A stretch of 64,000 nucleotides of DNA from Bacilli bacterium (GTDB lineage: Bacteria > Bacillota_I > Bacilli_A > ML615J-28 > CAG-313), in the NCBI GenBank assembly GCA_017411715.1, contig JAFQPO010000009.1:30732-94731 (forward strand). Reading direction: 5' to 3'. Shown here piece after piece: positions 40,082-49,918 of this stretch. How positions within the stretch are numbered: position 1 is the stretch's first letter; each line of letters starts with the position of its first letter. The position numbers and the translations under genes are program-made. The notes below the pieces were generated by a model. That model was not told where the DNA came from. It saw only the letters and a program-made list of their open reading frames with translations, and searched no databases.

Positions 40082-40110
40082 ATTATACCATATTTAAAAC
40101 AAAGTGTCAA
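40082..40110 (-). promoter_or_regulatory. Consensus sigmaA promoter of rpsP
   Basis: TTGACA-17-TATAAT with an extended TG. Confidence 0.85.
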
Positions 40111-40130
40111 GTAAAATTACTTAACACTTT

Positions 40131-40355
40131 TTAACTATTTAGATATTTTATTAGACCATTAATAAATTCAACTTGTTTTTGAAGATTACTTATTTTATCA
40201 GCCGTTGTTAGTTTTAAATTAACTTTAACTTCTTTTTCAAAATCATTATAACTACTAGGGTTTTTATCAAGTATGACATACCAATTAGGATGATATCTTA
40301 AATACTCTAAATAAACTGGATTATTATATAATTTAGAAGTTACTTCGTAAACCAT
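40131..40355 (-). CDS. ylbE: YlbE-like sporulation protein
   Basis: YLR..P.WY..L...P.....F pattern; coupled (TAATG) to the ylbD-like gene. Confidence 0.7.
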   Translation of the reverse strand: MVYEVTSKLYNNPVYLEYLRYHPNWYVILDKNPSSYNDFEKEVKVNLKLTTADKISNLQKQVEFINGLIKYLNS

Positions 40356-40699
40356 TAATCCCACCAGCTATTGTAATCCGCATTATATATTCTAGATGGA
40401 TTTGTACCATTTAAACCTTGTGTTATTTGTAATACTTTTTGAACAGTATTTAACGTTTTAGAAATCGAATCAGGATTTATCTTTTTAACATAATCAACTA
40501 TTTTTCTAACACTATCATTATTTAAAAGATCAGATGGTTGTGTTTTTGTTTGAGTTCTAAAATCCTTAAATTCATCTTCTCCTAAAATAACCCAATCTTC
40601 ATAGATGCTTTGCCATGTTCTATTACCATTTCTAACTTCTTCTTTTATTCTTTCGTGTCTGCTAACAAATTCTTTAAATTCATTCATTCTACTTGCCAT
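40355..40699 (-). CDS. ylbD: YlbD-like spore coat protein
   Basis: FKEFV..H......VR....TWQ..YE.W..LGED signature. Confidence 0.8.
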   Translation of the reverse strand: MASRMNEFKEFVSRHERIKEEVRNGNRTWQSIYEDWVILGEDEFKDFRTQTKTQPSDLLNNDSVRKIVDYVKKINPDSISKTLNTVQKVLQITQGLNGTNPSRIYNADYNSWWD

Positions 40700-40715
40700 T
40701 ATATCACCTCACTAT

Positions 40716-40781
40716 TAGTATATTAAAACTATAAATAAATGTGAATATATGTCACATCCTTAAAGAAACTATCATAACATA
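40716..40781. promoter_or_regulatory. Back-to-back sigmaK-like promoters
   Basis: Plus strand: CACA-16-CATAACATA (40753-40781) before ORF 40801. Minus strand: CACA-15-AATATACTA (40743-40716) before ylbD. Confidence 0.6.
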
Positions 40782-40800
40782 ATTACAAAGGAGGTATTTA

Positions 40801-41013
40801 ATGCTAAACTTTTTAAAACGAATTAATCAACCAAATAACTATCCACCTCAAAACTTTTATAACCCTGGATATTATAATCCTAATATGAATATGGGATATG
40901 ATTTTTCTAGAATTGAAACTGAGATAGTTGAGTTAAAGAGAATTACAAATGATTTAAATAAAAGAGTAAATAGATTAGAAAACTATTTAGGAATTAATAA
41001 AAACAATTATTAA
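40801..41013 (+). CDS. Small N/P/Y-rich plus coiled-coil protein, probable spore coat component
   Basis: Strong AAGGAGGT RBS, sigmaK-like promoter, and position between ylbD and the YjcZ peptide gene. Confidence 0.7.
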   Translation: MLNFLKRINQPNNYPPQNFYNPGYYNPNMNMGYDFSRIETEIVELKRITNDLNKRVNRLENYLGINKNNY

Positions 41014-41077
41014 TAGGTTTATGCACATTCAATATTTTTATCTATGAATAAAATATAGTACAGAGAGGGGGAAAAAC

Positions 41078-41218
41078 ATGTATCAACCTAACTTTGGATA
41101 TGGATGCTGCAGTGCTCCAACAAACACTTGTGGTAATTCTAGCTTCGGCGGATACGGATACGCATTAATTCTTGTGTTATTCATCCTTTTAGTAATCATT
41201 GGTACCGCTCGTTGGTAA
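41078..41218 (+). CDS. YjcZ/SscA-family small sporulation peptide (46 aa, absent from the ORF track)
   Basis: GAGGGG RBS; MYQPNFGYGCCSAPTNTCGNSSFGGYGYALILVLFILLVIIGTARW carries the ALIxVLFILLxIIG signature; terminator at 41230-41254. Confidence 0.88.
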   Translation: MYQPNFGYGCCSAPTNTCGNSSFGGYGYALILVLFILLVIIGTARW

Positions 41219-41290
41219 TTAATTTCAAGAGGAAGCAAAAAGGCTTCCTTTTTTGTATTTTTTTGGTATAATAAAAATAGAGGTGAGATT

Positions 41291-41875
41291 ATGATTTTAT
41301 CTAAAGATATTGTAAAAGATGATAATCCGTTACTAAAAGAAAAATCAGTTGATGTTGAAATTCCACTTTCAAAAGAAGATGAAAACACTTTAAAAGAAAT
41401 GATTGAATATATCTTTAATTCAATTGATGAAGAGATTTCTGCTAAGTATGATTTAAGAGCAGCAGTAGGAATTGCGGCTCCACAAATCGGTGTACTTAAA
41501 AAAATGATTGTAATATATACTTTTGATGAATTAGGTAATGAATGGTTCTTACCAATTGTTAACCCTAAAATTGTTTCTTATTCTGATGAACTTGCTTATT
41601 TAAAAACTGGCGAAGGATGTTTATCTGTGGATAGGGAAGTTAGTGGATTAGTTATGAGACCTAAAAGAACTACTTTCAAAGGATACATCTATGATAATGG
41701 AGAATTAGTTTATAAAACTATAAAATTAGAAAATTACTTATCAATTGTTTTCAATCATGAATATGATCACTTAAGAGGTATTTTATTCCCTGATCGTATT
41801 AATAAAGAAAATCCATTCTTTATTCCTAATAATGCTAGCCCAATTAAGTTCGAGGGTGAAGAAGATGAAAAATAG
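41291..41875 (+). CDS. def: Peptide deformylase
   Basis: GIAAPQIG, EGCLS and HEYDHL.G. Confidence 0.97.
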   Translation: MILSKDIVKDDNPLLKEKSVDVEIPLSKEDENTLKEMIEYIFNSIDEEISAKYDLRAAVGIAAPQIGVLKKMIVIYTFDELGNEWFLPIVNPKIVSYSDELAYLKTGEGCLSVDREVSGLVMRPKRTTFKGYIYDNGELVYKTIKLENYLSIVFNHEYDHLRGILFPDRINKENPFFIPNNASPIKFEGEEDEK

Positions 41876-42233
41876 ATACTTAAAGTTTAGTTTTATCTTT
41901 TTAATGATTGTTTGCTTATTATTTGTTTGTGGATGTGAAATGGGTAAACGTGATGAAAGAAAAATTAATAGAAGAGTTGAAAAAGGAAATCCATATACAT
42001 ATGTTGAAATAATTGAAAAATATGGTCAACCTACTGAATATAGAACTTTACAAGGAGAGTATATTTATTCTTCTATTCCTAATAACTTTACTGGTTATGC
42101 ATGTTATTATATTGGTTTTAATAGTGAAGAAGAATATTTTAATGCGGCACAAAATGGTGCAACTGCTAAAAGTTTATTAATAGAATTTAACAAAGGACTT
42201 GCTGTTAAAGCTACATATCAAAGAGTAAATTAA
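41865..42233 (+). CDS. Hypothetical small lipoprotein
   Basis: MKNRYLK + hydrophobic core + VCGC lipobox; overlaps the def stop; terminator near 42241-42270. Confidence 0.7.
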   Translation: MKNRYLKFSFIFLMIVCLLFVCGCEMGKRDERKINRRVEKGNPYTYVEIIEKYGQPTEYRTLQGEYIYSSIPNNFTGYACYYIGFNSEEEYFNAAQNGATAKSLLIEFNKGLAVKATYQRVN

Positions 42234-42363
42234 ACAACTAAAAAAGGATAGCAATTTTTGCTATCCTTTTACTTTACAATATTACATTACTAGTAATGAT
42301 TAAGTATATTAATTACACTTAAAAAGATTTTATCACAAGGCTAAAGTTTTTTACAACTATTTT

Positions 42364-43149
42364 TTATTTCTTTTTGTATTCAAACAGACGATACATTTTT
42401 TTTGAGAAACTACCCGCATAAAGATGTGCGAAAATAAATCTTTCTAATCCTTTTAACTCATCTATATATATTTTAGGTATCATAGTATGTTCTTTTTCAA
42501 AAGTCAATTTCCCAGTTTGATATGCTTGTGGATTATCTATACCATAAACCTGGGTTACGCCCACATCATTTATAGGGTTTCTTCTTTTTGACATTTTAGC
42601 AGCAAAAGAAGTATAAGTATCTACTAACATCATAATATTTTCAAAATGAGAACAAAGGCTTTCTACTAAATTTTTAATTTCTTCTACTGACAAGTACATA
42701 CTTACGCCTTCCATAACGACAATAGCAGAATTCTTTTTCTCTATAGCTGATAGCCACTTACAATCTCTTACATCTGATGCAATCATTTGATAGTCATCTG
42801 TTTCAACAAAGTAGCGTTTTCTTTCTTCAATGACTTCAAAAAAATCTACATCGTACCATTTATGGTTTTTAGTTCCAACTCTTATATTACGGCTATCCAT
42901 TCCACAACCAATATGTATGACTGCCGCATCAGGTGCACCTTCCATTTGAATCTTTAACCACTCATCAAATACAGCAGAGCGAATCCCCATATAGTAAGCA
43001 AGATATTTAGATTTTGATTTACCTGAAAGAGAAAATCCCTCAGCTTCCCAAATTTCTTCGGCTTTTTTATCATCAAGGAATAAGCCCTTTTTACTCACAT
43101 AGGCTTTACCGTATAAAGGAATATATAATGTTTTGTTTACGCTATTCAT
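42364..43149 (-). CDS. Class I SAM-dependent methyltransferase (leucine carboxyl methyltransferase/TcmP-like)
   Basis: TLYIPLYGKA, IGCGMDSR, WYDVD and EGVSMYL; ATG at 43149 after AGGAG. Confidence 0.88.
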   Translation of the reverse strand: MNSVNKTLYIPLYGKAYVSKKGLFLDDKKAEEIWEAEGFSLSGKSKSKYLAYYMGIRSAVFDEWLKIQMEGAPDAAVIHIGCGMDSRNIRVGTKNHKWYDVDFFEVIEERKRYFVETDDYQMIASDVRDCKWLSAIEKKNSAIVVMEGVSMYLSVEEIKNLVESLCSHFENIMMLVDTYTSFAAKMSKRRNPINDVGVTQVYGIDNPQAYQTGKLTFEKEHTMIPKIYIDELKGLERFIFAHLYAGSFSKKMYRLFEYKKK

Positions 43150-43223
43150 ATGCGCTTCTCCTAATTTATTATTTACTGGTAAGTTTTTATAACACAAAAT
43201 TATAATTGCTACGAAAATAGTAG

Positions 43224-44027
43224 TTATACAATTTCATTGATTGATTTTTTATATAGTCCCAATTTTATTAAAGCATCTTCTAATCCGTCATTTTCGACCC
43301 TTTTTGAGACCATATTCGCACTTTTTTGTACTTCTTCGGTTGCATTACCCATAGCACAGGAAAGATTTGCCATTTGTAGCATTTCAACATCATTTTCTCC
43401 ATCCCCCACCGCATATACATCTTTTATATCATAGTGACCATATTCAATAACTTTTTGCATTCCTAAAGTTTTACTAGTCTTACAAGATGTAATATCACAA
43501 CCGAAAGAACCCCATTTCAAAAACTTAAGTTCTGGTATTTTCTTTTTATATTCATCAATCTTATCATTACCTAAAAATAACCATCCCATAACATATGGTA
43601 AAGTTTCATCAAATAAACCTCTTTTTAAATCAATCAAAACATTCTCTTTCATCGAACGCTTCATCCAATCATGTGGATTTTCCATATGATATAAATATAT
43701 ATTTGAAGTAGTAACTAGTCCAATTAAATCATCATTCATCCTAGCTTCTTTAATTAGTTTACTAATACCACTTTTTTCCATTTCTAATTCAAAAACAATT
43801 TTATCATCAATTACTACACACCCACCATTAACTAAAACATACCCTTTAATATACTCTCTTACCTCATCTATATTATGTACTAAATAGTATGGTCTACCAG
43901 TACAAATATATATATCTACATCTTGATATATTTTAGAAAGAGCAATTTTAGCACTATGCGGAATACATTTATTAACCCCATCATAGAGCGTACCATCAAT
44001 ATCTAAAAACAATACTCTTTTTTTCAT
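43224..44027 (-). CDS. Cof-type HAD-IIB hydrolase
   Basis: FLDIDGTL, CTGR, SK..G and GDGENDVEML...AMGNA. Confidence 0.92.
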   Translation of the reverse strand: MKKRVLFLDIDGTLYDGVNKCIPHSAKIALSKIYQDVDIYICTGRPYYLVHNIDEVREYIKGYVLVNGGCVVIDDKIVFELEMEKSGISKLIKEARMNDDLIGLVTTSNIYLYHMENPHDWMKRSMKENVLIDLKRGLFDETLPYVMGWLFLGNDKIDEYKKKIPELKFLKWGSFGCDITSCKTSKTLGMQKVIEYGHYDIKDVYAVGDGENDVEMLQMANLSCAMGNATEEVQKSANMVSKRVENDGLEDALIKLGLYKKSINEIV

Positions 44028-44123
44028 ATAATCACCAACCTATTATATTATAACAAAACACTTTTCTTTTTTTAACATTTATGATAAAATATTGGTGAAT
44101 AAATTTTAAAGAAAGGAGGACTT

Positions 44124-45845
44124 ATGCAGGAAAATATACAAACTAAAAAGAAGCACCCTAACCATAGAAAACAAAAACCAAATGATAATACTCCTAAAAT
44201 TAGAGTATGTTCAATTGGTGGTTTAGGCGAAGTTGGTATGAATATGTATATTGTCGAATCTAATGATGAAATAATCGTTATGGATTGTGGAATATTATTT
44301 GCGGACGACGATGTACATGGTGTTGAATACATAATTCCCGACTTTACATATTTAGAAGAAAACAAACACAAAATAGTAGCAATGTTTATTACTCATGGTC
44401 ATGAAGACCACATTGGCGCATTACCACTTTTTCTTAGAAAACTAGATGTAAAAATATATGCTGCTGGGATTGCCAATAACTTAATTAGATTTAAAATGTA
44501 TGAATATCCTGATATTCATTACACTCTTGAAAGTTATAATGAAAATTCAATTTTCGCATACAAAGACTTTACAGTATCTTTCTTTAGAACTAATCACTCA
44601 ATCCCCGACTCATTTGGTATTGCTATTAAAACTAAACTAGGATATATTGTCAATTCTGGAGACTTCAAATTTGATTTAACTCCACTTGGTGATCGAAGTG
44701 ATTTCTATAAAATGGCTAAACTTGGTAATGAAGGAGTTTTATGTTTATTAGCTGATAGTACTAACTCTAAAATCTCTACATTCTCTCCAAGTGAAAAAAC
44801 TATAGCTAACTCTATTAAACAAATGTTTAAATCTATTAAAGGAAGAATAATTATCGCAACATTTGCCTCTAACGTTTATCGTGTTGAACAAATACTAGAA
44901 TCTAGTGTTGCTTGTGGAAGAAAAATCGCAGTATTCGGTCATAGTATGGAAAAAGCTATTGAAGCTGCTTCTAAACTTAAATATATTAATATTCCTAAAA
45001 GTTCATTCATCCCAGCAAGAGAACTAAATAAATATCAAGGTGATAATGTAACTATTATTTGTACCGGCTCACAAGGCGAACCACTCGCAGCATTATCAAG
45101 AATTGCTAATGGAACACATAAACAAATTCAACTAAGACCAAATGATACAGTTATTTATTCTTCTAAACCAATCCCTGGCAATGAACAATTCATTAATAGA
45201 AATATCAACTTACTTGTAAAACGCGGTGCTAATGTTATAAAAAACAGCCCACTATCAGACACACACACAACAGGCCACGCATCTGTTGAAGAAATTAAAC
45301 TAATGCTTAGTTTAATTAAACCTAAATATTTAATGCCTGTCCATGGTGAATTCCATATGTTAAAATACCACGCAAATGTGGCACTTGAAATGGGATACAA
45401 AAAAGATGAACTATTCTGTCTTGACTGTGGTGATGTTTTAGAATTTAAAGAAAATAGTAAACCAAAAGTAATCAAACAAGGTATCTTCACTGATCAATTA
45501 TATTTAGACTCTAACTTCTCACAAATATCTAGTGAAACAATTAGAGAAAGAAAACAACTTGCGGATGAAGGAATTATAACAGCTGTATTTACTATTAACA
45601 AGAAAAAGAAAATACTTGCTCCTACTAGAATCAAAGCAGTAGGCTTTGTAGATACCAACCACTTTGAAAACCTAACTAAAGATATTAAAGAAAAAGCAAC
45701 TGAAATATTTATTAAATCATTAAATGATTACAAAACATTAAATATTAATGGTATTAGAAGTGCTACTACTCACGCTCTTTCTCAATATATTTACGATGAG
45801 ACAGAACGTAAACCATATATCTTTACTATCATCAATGTTATATAA
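44124..45845 (+). CDS. rnj: Ribonuclease J
   Basis: GGLGEVG.N, THGHEDHIG, HSIPD, GDFKFD, TGSQGEP, HTTGHA and PVHGE. Confidence 0.97.
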   Translation: MQENIQTKKKHPNHRKQKPNDNTPKIRVCSIGGLGEVGMNMYIVESNDEIIVMDCGILFADDDVHGVEYIIPDFTYLEENKHKIVAMFITHGHEDHIGALPLFLRKLDVKIYAAGIANNLIRFKMYEYPDIHYTLESYNENSIFAYKDFTVSFFRTNHSIPDSFGIAIKTKLGYIVNSGDFKFDLTPLGDRSDFYKMAKLGNEGVLCLLADSTNSKISTFSPSEKTIANSIKQMFKSIKGRIIIATFASNVYRVEQILESSVACGRKIAVFGHSMEKAIEAASKLKYINIPKSSFIPARELNKYQGDNVTIICTGSQGEPLAALSRIANGTHKQIQLRPNDTVIYSSKPIPGNEQFINRNINLLVKRGANVIKNSPLSDTHTTGHASVEEIKLMLSLIKPKYLMPVHGEFHMLKYHANVALEMGYKKDELFCLDCGDVLEFKENSKPKVIKQGIFTDQLYLDSNFSQISSETIRERKQLADEGIITAVFTINKKKKILAPTRIKAVGFVDTNHFENLTKDIKEKATEIFIKSLNDYKTLNINGIRSATTHALSQYIYDETERKPYIFTIINVI

Positions 45846-45849
45846 AAAC

Positions 45850-45884
45850 AAAGAACTCAATCCAAAAGGATTGGGTTCTTTTTT
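45850..45884. terminator. Terminator after rnj (bidirectional-type)
   Basis: AAGAACTCAATCC-AAAA-GGATTGGGTTCTTTTTT. Confidence 0.85.
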
Positions 45885-46050
45885 AATCAACCACTATTCT
45901 CATAATATCATAATTCATATCATTATTAGTACTAGCATCTATGTATCCTATATAATAACTACCAGCTTCTAGACTAAATGAATCATCATTATTACTATCA
46001 TTTTCCGCAAATCCAATTACATTTGATTTAATAATGCTAAAATTACCTCG
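45883..46050 (-). pseudogene. Possible orphan 3' gene remnant
   Basis: Open frame RGNFSIIKSNVIGFAENDSNNDDSFSLEAGSYYIGYIDASTNNDMNYDIMRIVVD* ends exactly at the terminator; no 5' start codon or RBS, and an in-frame stop lies shortly upstream. Confidence 0.4.
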
Positions 46051-46280
46051 CGGAACAAAAAACGCTATTTTTTGATTTTTTCTCTAATTCGGTCCGCTAG
46101 CAGAACAAATTGGGCATTTTTAGCTCAAAAAACGCAAAAACGATATTTTTTAATTTTTTATAAATATTATTTCTATTTATTGGAAATACATAAAAAAAGA
46201 TCGACTAGATGCCATTTATGTAAATAGATATGTTCTAGTCGATTTTTATAATAATAATATGATTAATTTATAAGTGTTTT

Positions 46281-47774
46281 TTATTCTATGTTTTCTGATT
46301 GTTCTAATTTAAGTTTTAATTCTTCGAATGTATATATTAAAGAGCTTAAATATCCTTCAGACACATTTAGACCATTAATAATTTCTAAAATATTATCATA
46401 TTCATTTAATAATGATTCTGTTGATAATGTTAAATATTCCAATATTTTTTCAAGTTCTTGTGGATAATCTTCAAGTAGATATTGTAAATTATGATGATAA
46501 TAATTTTCTTCTACTACTTTATTATAGCTAAAGTATTCAAAACTAACTTCTTCATTATTTATTTCAAATGGCAATGTAACTGTATTTATACCACATTCTA
46601 AAGTTGCAATATTATCAATAAAAGACATTGGATTCATGACAACACTCATTTCATCAGTATACATTAATAATTTATAATGTTCACTATTATGTGTTGTATA
46701 ATCATAAAATCTTGTTGGTCTTATTCCAATTTCTAAGATACCTTTTACGTCTTTTGCATAGCCTCTTGTTAAATAATAATAATCCGCGTTAATACGAGGT
46801 AATTTATTTGTTGCTGCTTCAATTTGTTCATATGTAACATCAGATTCTTTTAATTTAGCTGCTTTAGACAAAATCTCTTGTGCCTTAGTAGTATAAAATT
46901 CTTTATAATATCCGTTATCTAACCCATCATATACTTGGCAGTTAATCATATAACGATGCTGCCATTCTTTATCACCATAATGAGATAAATCTTTAATTGT
47001 TCCATCTTCATTATATATATTTTCACGATCAGTCCAATCAACATAATTAATTATTCCAACCCCATCACTTTCATAACGATTATAAAAAGTAAAATACGTT
47101 TTTAAATCAATTTCATTGGCTAAAATATTTCCATTACTATCCCATGACAACAATATGTAATGATACTCATCTTTTTGTAAATGATACTCTAGAACAAAAT
47201 AGAAAATAGATTGATAACTCTCAGTTATTTGGTAATCATATACTTCAATTGTATGTTTATCCATATAACAAGTTGCTTTATCGCCATTTATGTTATAGTA
47301 ATATTCATTATTTTTCAACATTTTTTCAGCGCCAAAAACCATATATCTTGCATTAATAATATTTTGAGTAAATGTAGACATTGTCATATCTTTAGCTGAA
47401 TAACTTAATTTATTAAATTCAATACCTGCATTTGTTAATTCTTCAAGACGACTTAGTTTTTGTTTGTATTTTCTAGCTGATTCATCTTTATCAATAGTAT
47501 CACTCATATATCTATGCATATTATTAATCAATTCAATAGCTTCTTTACCTCGATCAGATAATGAAGATAAATCAGAATAAAACTCTTTGCTTTCTTTGTC
47601 TAATTCAAATTGATTATGACCTTCACATATACTTTCTTTACAATCTGTTAAAGTACATTTATTACACTCTGGACATAATTTATGAATGTGTGTTTGTGGA
47701 GTGTTTGTAGGAACACTACATGATGTAATAACTAACATTAATAATACAAAACTAAGGCTTAATAATTTTTTCAT
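46281..47774 (-). CDS. Hypothetical lipoprotein with an N-terminal Cys/His cluster
   Basis: Lipobox ITSC; HIHKLCPECNKC...C....CEGH; the remainder is unrecognised. Confidence 0.75.
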   Translation of the reverse strand: MKKLLSLSFVLLMLVITSCSVPTNTPQTHIHKLCPECNKCTLTDCKESICEGHNQFELDKESKEFYSDLSSLSDRGKEAIELINNMHRYMSDTIDKDESARKYKQKLSRLEELTNAGIEFNKLSYSAKDMTMSTFTQNIINARYMVFGAEKMLKNNEYYYNINGDKATCYMDKHTIEVYDYQITESYQSIFYFVLEYHLQKDEYHYILLSWDSNGNILANEIDLKTYFTFYNRYESDGVGIINYVDWTDRENIYNEDGTIKDLSHYGDKEWQHRYMINCQVYDGLDNGYYKEFYTTKAQEILSKAAKLKESDVTYEQIEAATNKLPRINADYYYLTRGYAKDVKGILEIGIRPTRFYDYTTHNSEHYKLLMYTDEMSVVMNPMSFIDNIATLECGINTVTLPFEINNEEVSFEYFSYNKVVEENYYHHNLQYLLEDYPQELEKILEYLTLSTESLLNEYDNILEIINGLNVSEGYLSSLIYTFEELKLKLEQSENIE

Positions 47775-47776
47775 AA

Positions 47777-48802
47777 TTACTCACCTGCATTGATATATAA
47801 TTTAATTAATTTTAATGTTTCTAAAATACCTGATAAATGAGTTCTTTCCATTCCGTGTGATGCATGAATACCTGCACCAATTAAAGCAGCTTTAATATCA
47901 GCTCCTGCACGTAAAGCAGCTGATGCATCTGATGAATAGAATGGATATATATCTACTGCATATTTAATATCATTTTCTTTCGCAAGTTTAATTAGTTTAG
48001 AAGTCATTAAATAGTCATATGGACCACTAGAATCTTTCGCACATATTGAAACTACAGATTCTGTTGCGGAAAGATCGTTACCAATACATCCCATATCAAC
48101 AGCTAATAATTCATCAACAGTTGGAATATTACTGCATCCATGACCTACTTCTTCATATGTAGTAAAGACAATTTTTAAATTATGTTTAGGAACAAGATTA
48201 TCTTTCTTTAAATCTATTAAAAGTTGCATTAAAATAAAGACACTTGCTTTATCATCTAAAAATCTAGTCTTAACAAAATTGCTAGATGTAATTGTAAACT
48301 TAGGATCAAGATATACAATATCTCCAGATGAAATTCCAAGTTTTAATGTATCTGCTTTAGAAGAAACTTCTTCATCTAATCTAATATACATATTATCTTC
48401 AGTACGACTAGCGCTTTGTGCATCTTTATAAACATGAACAGAAGGTGATGTCGAAAGGATTGTTCCTGTATATGTAGCGCCTTCACGAGTTACAACACTA
48501 CAATATTCCCCATCAACAGTTGGTAAAATTAAACCACCTAATCTTGTAAAACGTAAATTGCCGCTACCATCAATTGATTTAACCATTAAGCCAAGAGTAT
48601 CAACATGAGCACTTAATCCAATTGTATAATCTGATTCACCCTTTACATCTACAATTAAATTCCCCTTTTTATTCTTAGATGTACTATATCCTAATTCTTG
48701 TACTTTCTTTTCTAAAAACTCAATCACATGATGAGTATATCCTGTTGGAGATGGTATTTCAAATATTTTTCTCATTAATTCTAAATCTAAATTCTTATAC
48801 AT
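47777..48802 (-). CDS. M42-family aminopeptidase (YhfE-like)
   Basis: PSPTG, SAHVDTLG, RFLDDK, EEVG, VDMG, KDSSGPY and HASHG.ER. Confidence 0.93.
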   Translation of the reverse strand: MYKNLDLELMRKIFEIPSPTGYTHHVIEFLEKKVQELGYSTSKNKKGNLIVDVKGESDYTIGLSAHVDTLGLMVKSIDGSGNLRFTRLGGLILPTVDGEYCSVVTREGATYTGTILSTSPSVHVYKDAQSASRTEDNMYIRLDEEVSSKADTLKLGISSGDIVYLDPKFTITSSNFVKTRFLDDKASVFILMQLLIDLKKDNLVPKHNLKIVFTTYEEVGHGCSNIPTVDELLAVDMGCIGNDLSATESVVSICAKDSSGPYDYLMTSKLIKLAKENDIKYAVDIYPFYSSDASAALRAGADIKAALIGAGIHASHGMERTHLSGILETLKLIKLYINAGE

Positions 48803-48804
48803 AA

Positions 48805-49671
48805 CTAACCTCTTTGTTTTTCATTAACATAATTTTTAAATGTATGAAACACTTCTCTTGTCACAAGTGCATCAGTTAAAGGATTATGGTCTTGTTCAAA
48901 ACCTACTTCTTTATCAAAATAAGTCAGAGCATTAAATAAGCCTATATCAGTTCTTTGACCTAAATAGTTTTTAAGTAACTGCATTAAATTAACAAATTGC
49001 ATCTTTGTTGTGGCTGGTGTAAGCTTATGTAATTTATATGATGACTCAAGAACTAACATATCATTTTTACCCCAGACATATATAGTTGGATTATATAGTT
49101 CAATATATGAAGCAAGTAACTTATAGAATTTTTTATAAGAAATCGCATTTTTCATTTCTTTTTCTTCTACACCAATAAAGTTAAAAGTACGCTCGTTTAA
49201 CCCACTTTGATACATTGGTTTAACAAGTGAACAAGACTGATCTATTATCTCCCCATCGCTATTTTCAATCACTATACCATACCGAATAATCTCATGAATA
49301 AAGAAACTATTTTTTGAGAATTCTTTTGGCGGCATTGTAAATTCCATATCAAGATACATTTTATTGCCTTCGCGATTAAGAATCTTAGCAGCTGCTTTTC
49401 TAACCATATTCATATCAAAGAAAACTATATTTTCACGTCTACTAGTTTGAACCATTTTAATAAAACTAATAACTTCTCTTGCTTTCTTATCTCCATGAAT
49501 AACAGCTTGTTCTTTACATAAGAAATGTACGAATAATCCTTCTTGTAAATAACCACTAAATTTTTTAATTTGTGAACGTGTTAAATAAAAGAAATCTACT
49601 TTATCTTTTCCAGCTATTTCAAATGTTCGATCTTTATGATTAATATTTCTTATTCGTCCACAGACTTCCAT
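48805..49671 (-). CDS. DEDDh 3'-5' exonuclease (KapD-like) with an extra N-terminal domain
   Basis: LDMEFTM (ExoI), WG.ND (ExoII) and HNPLTDA (ExoIII); ~100-aa N-terminal extension. Confidence 0.8.
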   Translation of the reverse strand: MEVCGRIRNINHKDRTFEIAGKDKVDFFYLTRSQIKKFSGYLQEGLFVHFLCKEQAVIHGDKKAREVISFIKMVQTSRRENIVFFDMNMVRKAAAKILNREGNKMYLDMEFTMPPKEFSKNSFFIHEIIRYGIVIENSDGEIIDQSCSLVKPMYQSGLNERTFNFIGVEEKEMKNAISYKKFYKLLASYIELYNPTIYVWGKNDMLVLESSYKLHKLTPATTKMQFVNLMQLLKNYLGQRTDIGLFNALTYFDKEVGFEQDHNPLTDALVTREVFHTFKNYVNEKQRG

Positions 49672-49685
49672 TTTATCACCTACTT

Positions 49686-49898
49686 CTAGTGAATATTAAT
49701 TTCATTCATTTTAATTAGTTCAATTATTGCTTGTGTTCTACTTCTAACACCTAGTTTTTGAATAACATTAGATATATGATTTCTAACTGTCTTTGGTGTA
49801 ATACAAAGTCTATCCGCAATATCTTCAGTATCAATGTTTTTGGCTAATAAGTCAAAAACTTCTTTTTCTCTTAAAGTTAAAATTTTATTTTTATGCAT
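49686..49898 (-). CDS. gerE: GerE-like stand-alone LuxR HTH sporulation regulator
   Basis: LT.REKEVF.LL......IA..L.I..KTVRNHISN..QKLGV..R.QA..EL..M.E follows B. subtilis GerE; near uvrC as in Bacillus; ATG at 49898 after GAGGG. Confidence 0.88.
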   Translation of the reverse strand: MHKNKILTLREKEVFDLLAKNIDTEDIADRLCITPKTVRNHISNVIQKLGVRSRTQAIIELIKMNEINIH

Positions 49899-49918
49899 AC
49901 AATCCCTCACTCATAATC

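Noticed and set aside
41083-41388. 101-aa minus-strand ORF from the track
   Set aside because: Antisense to the YjcZ peptide gene and def; no RBS or recognisable motif.
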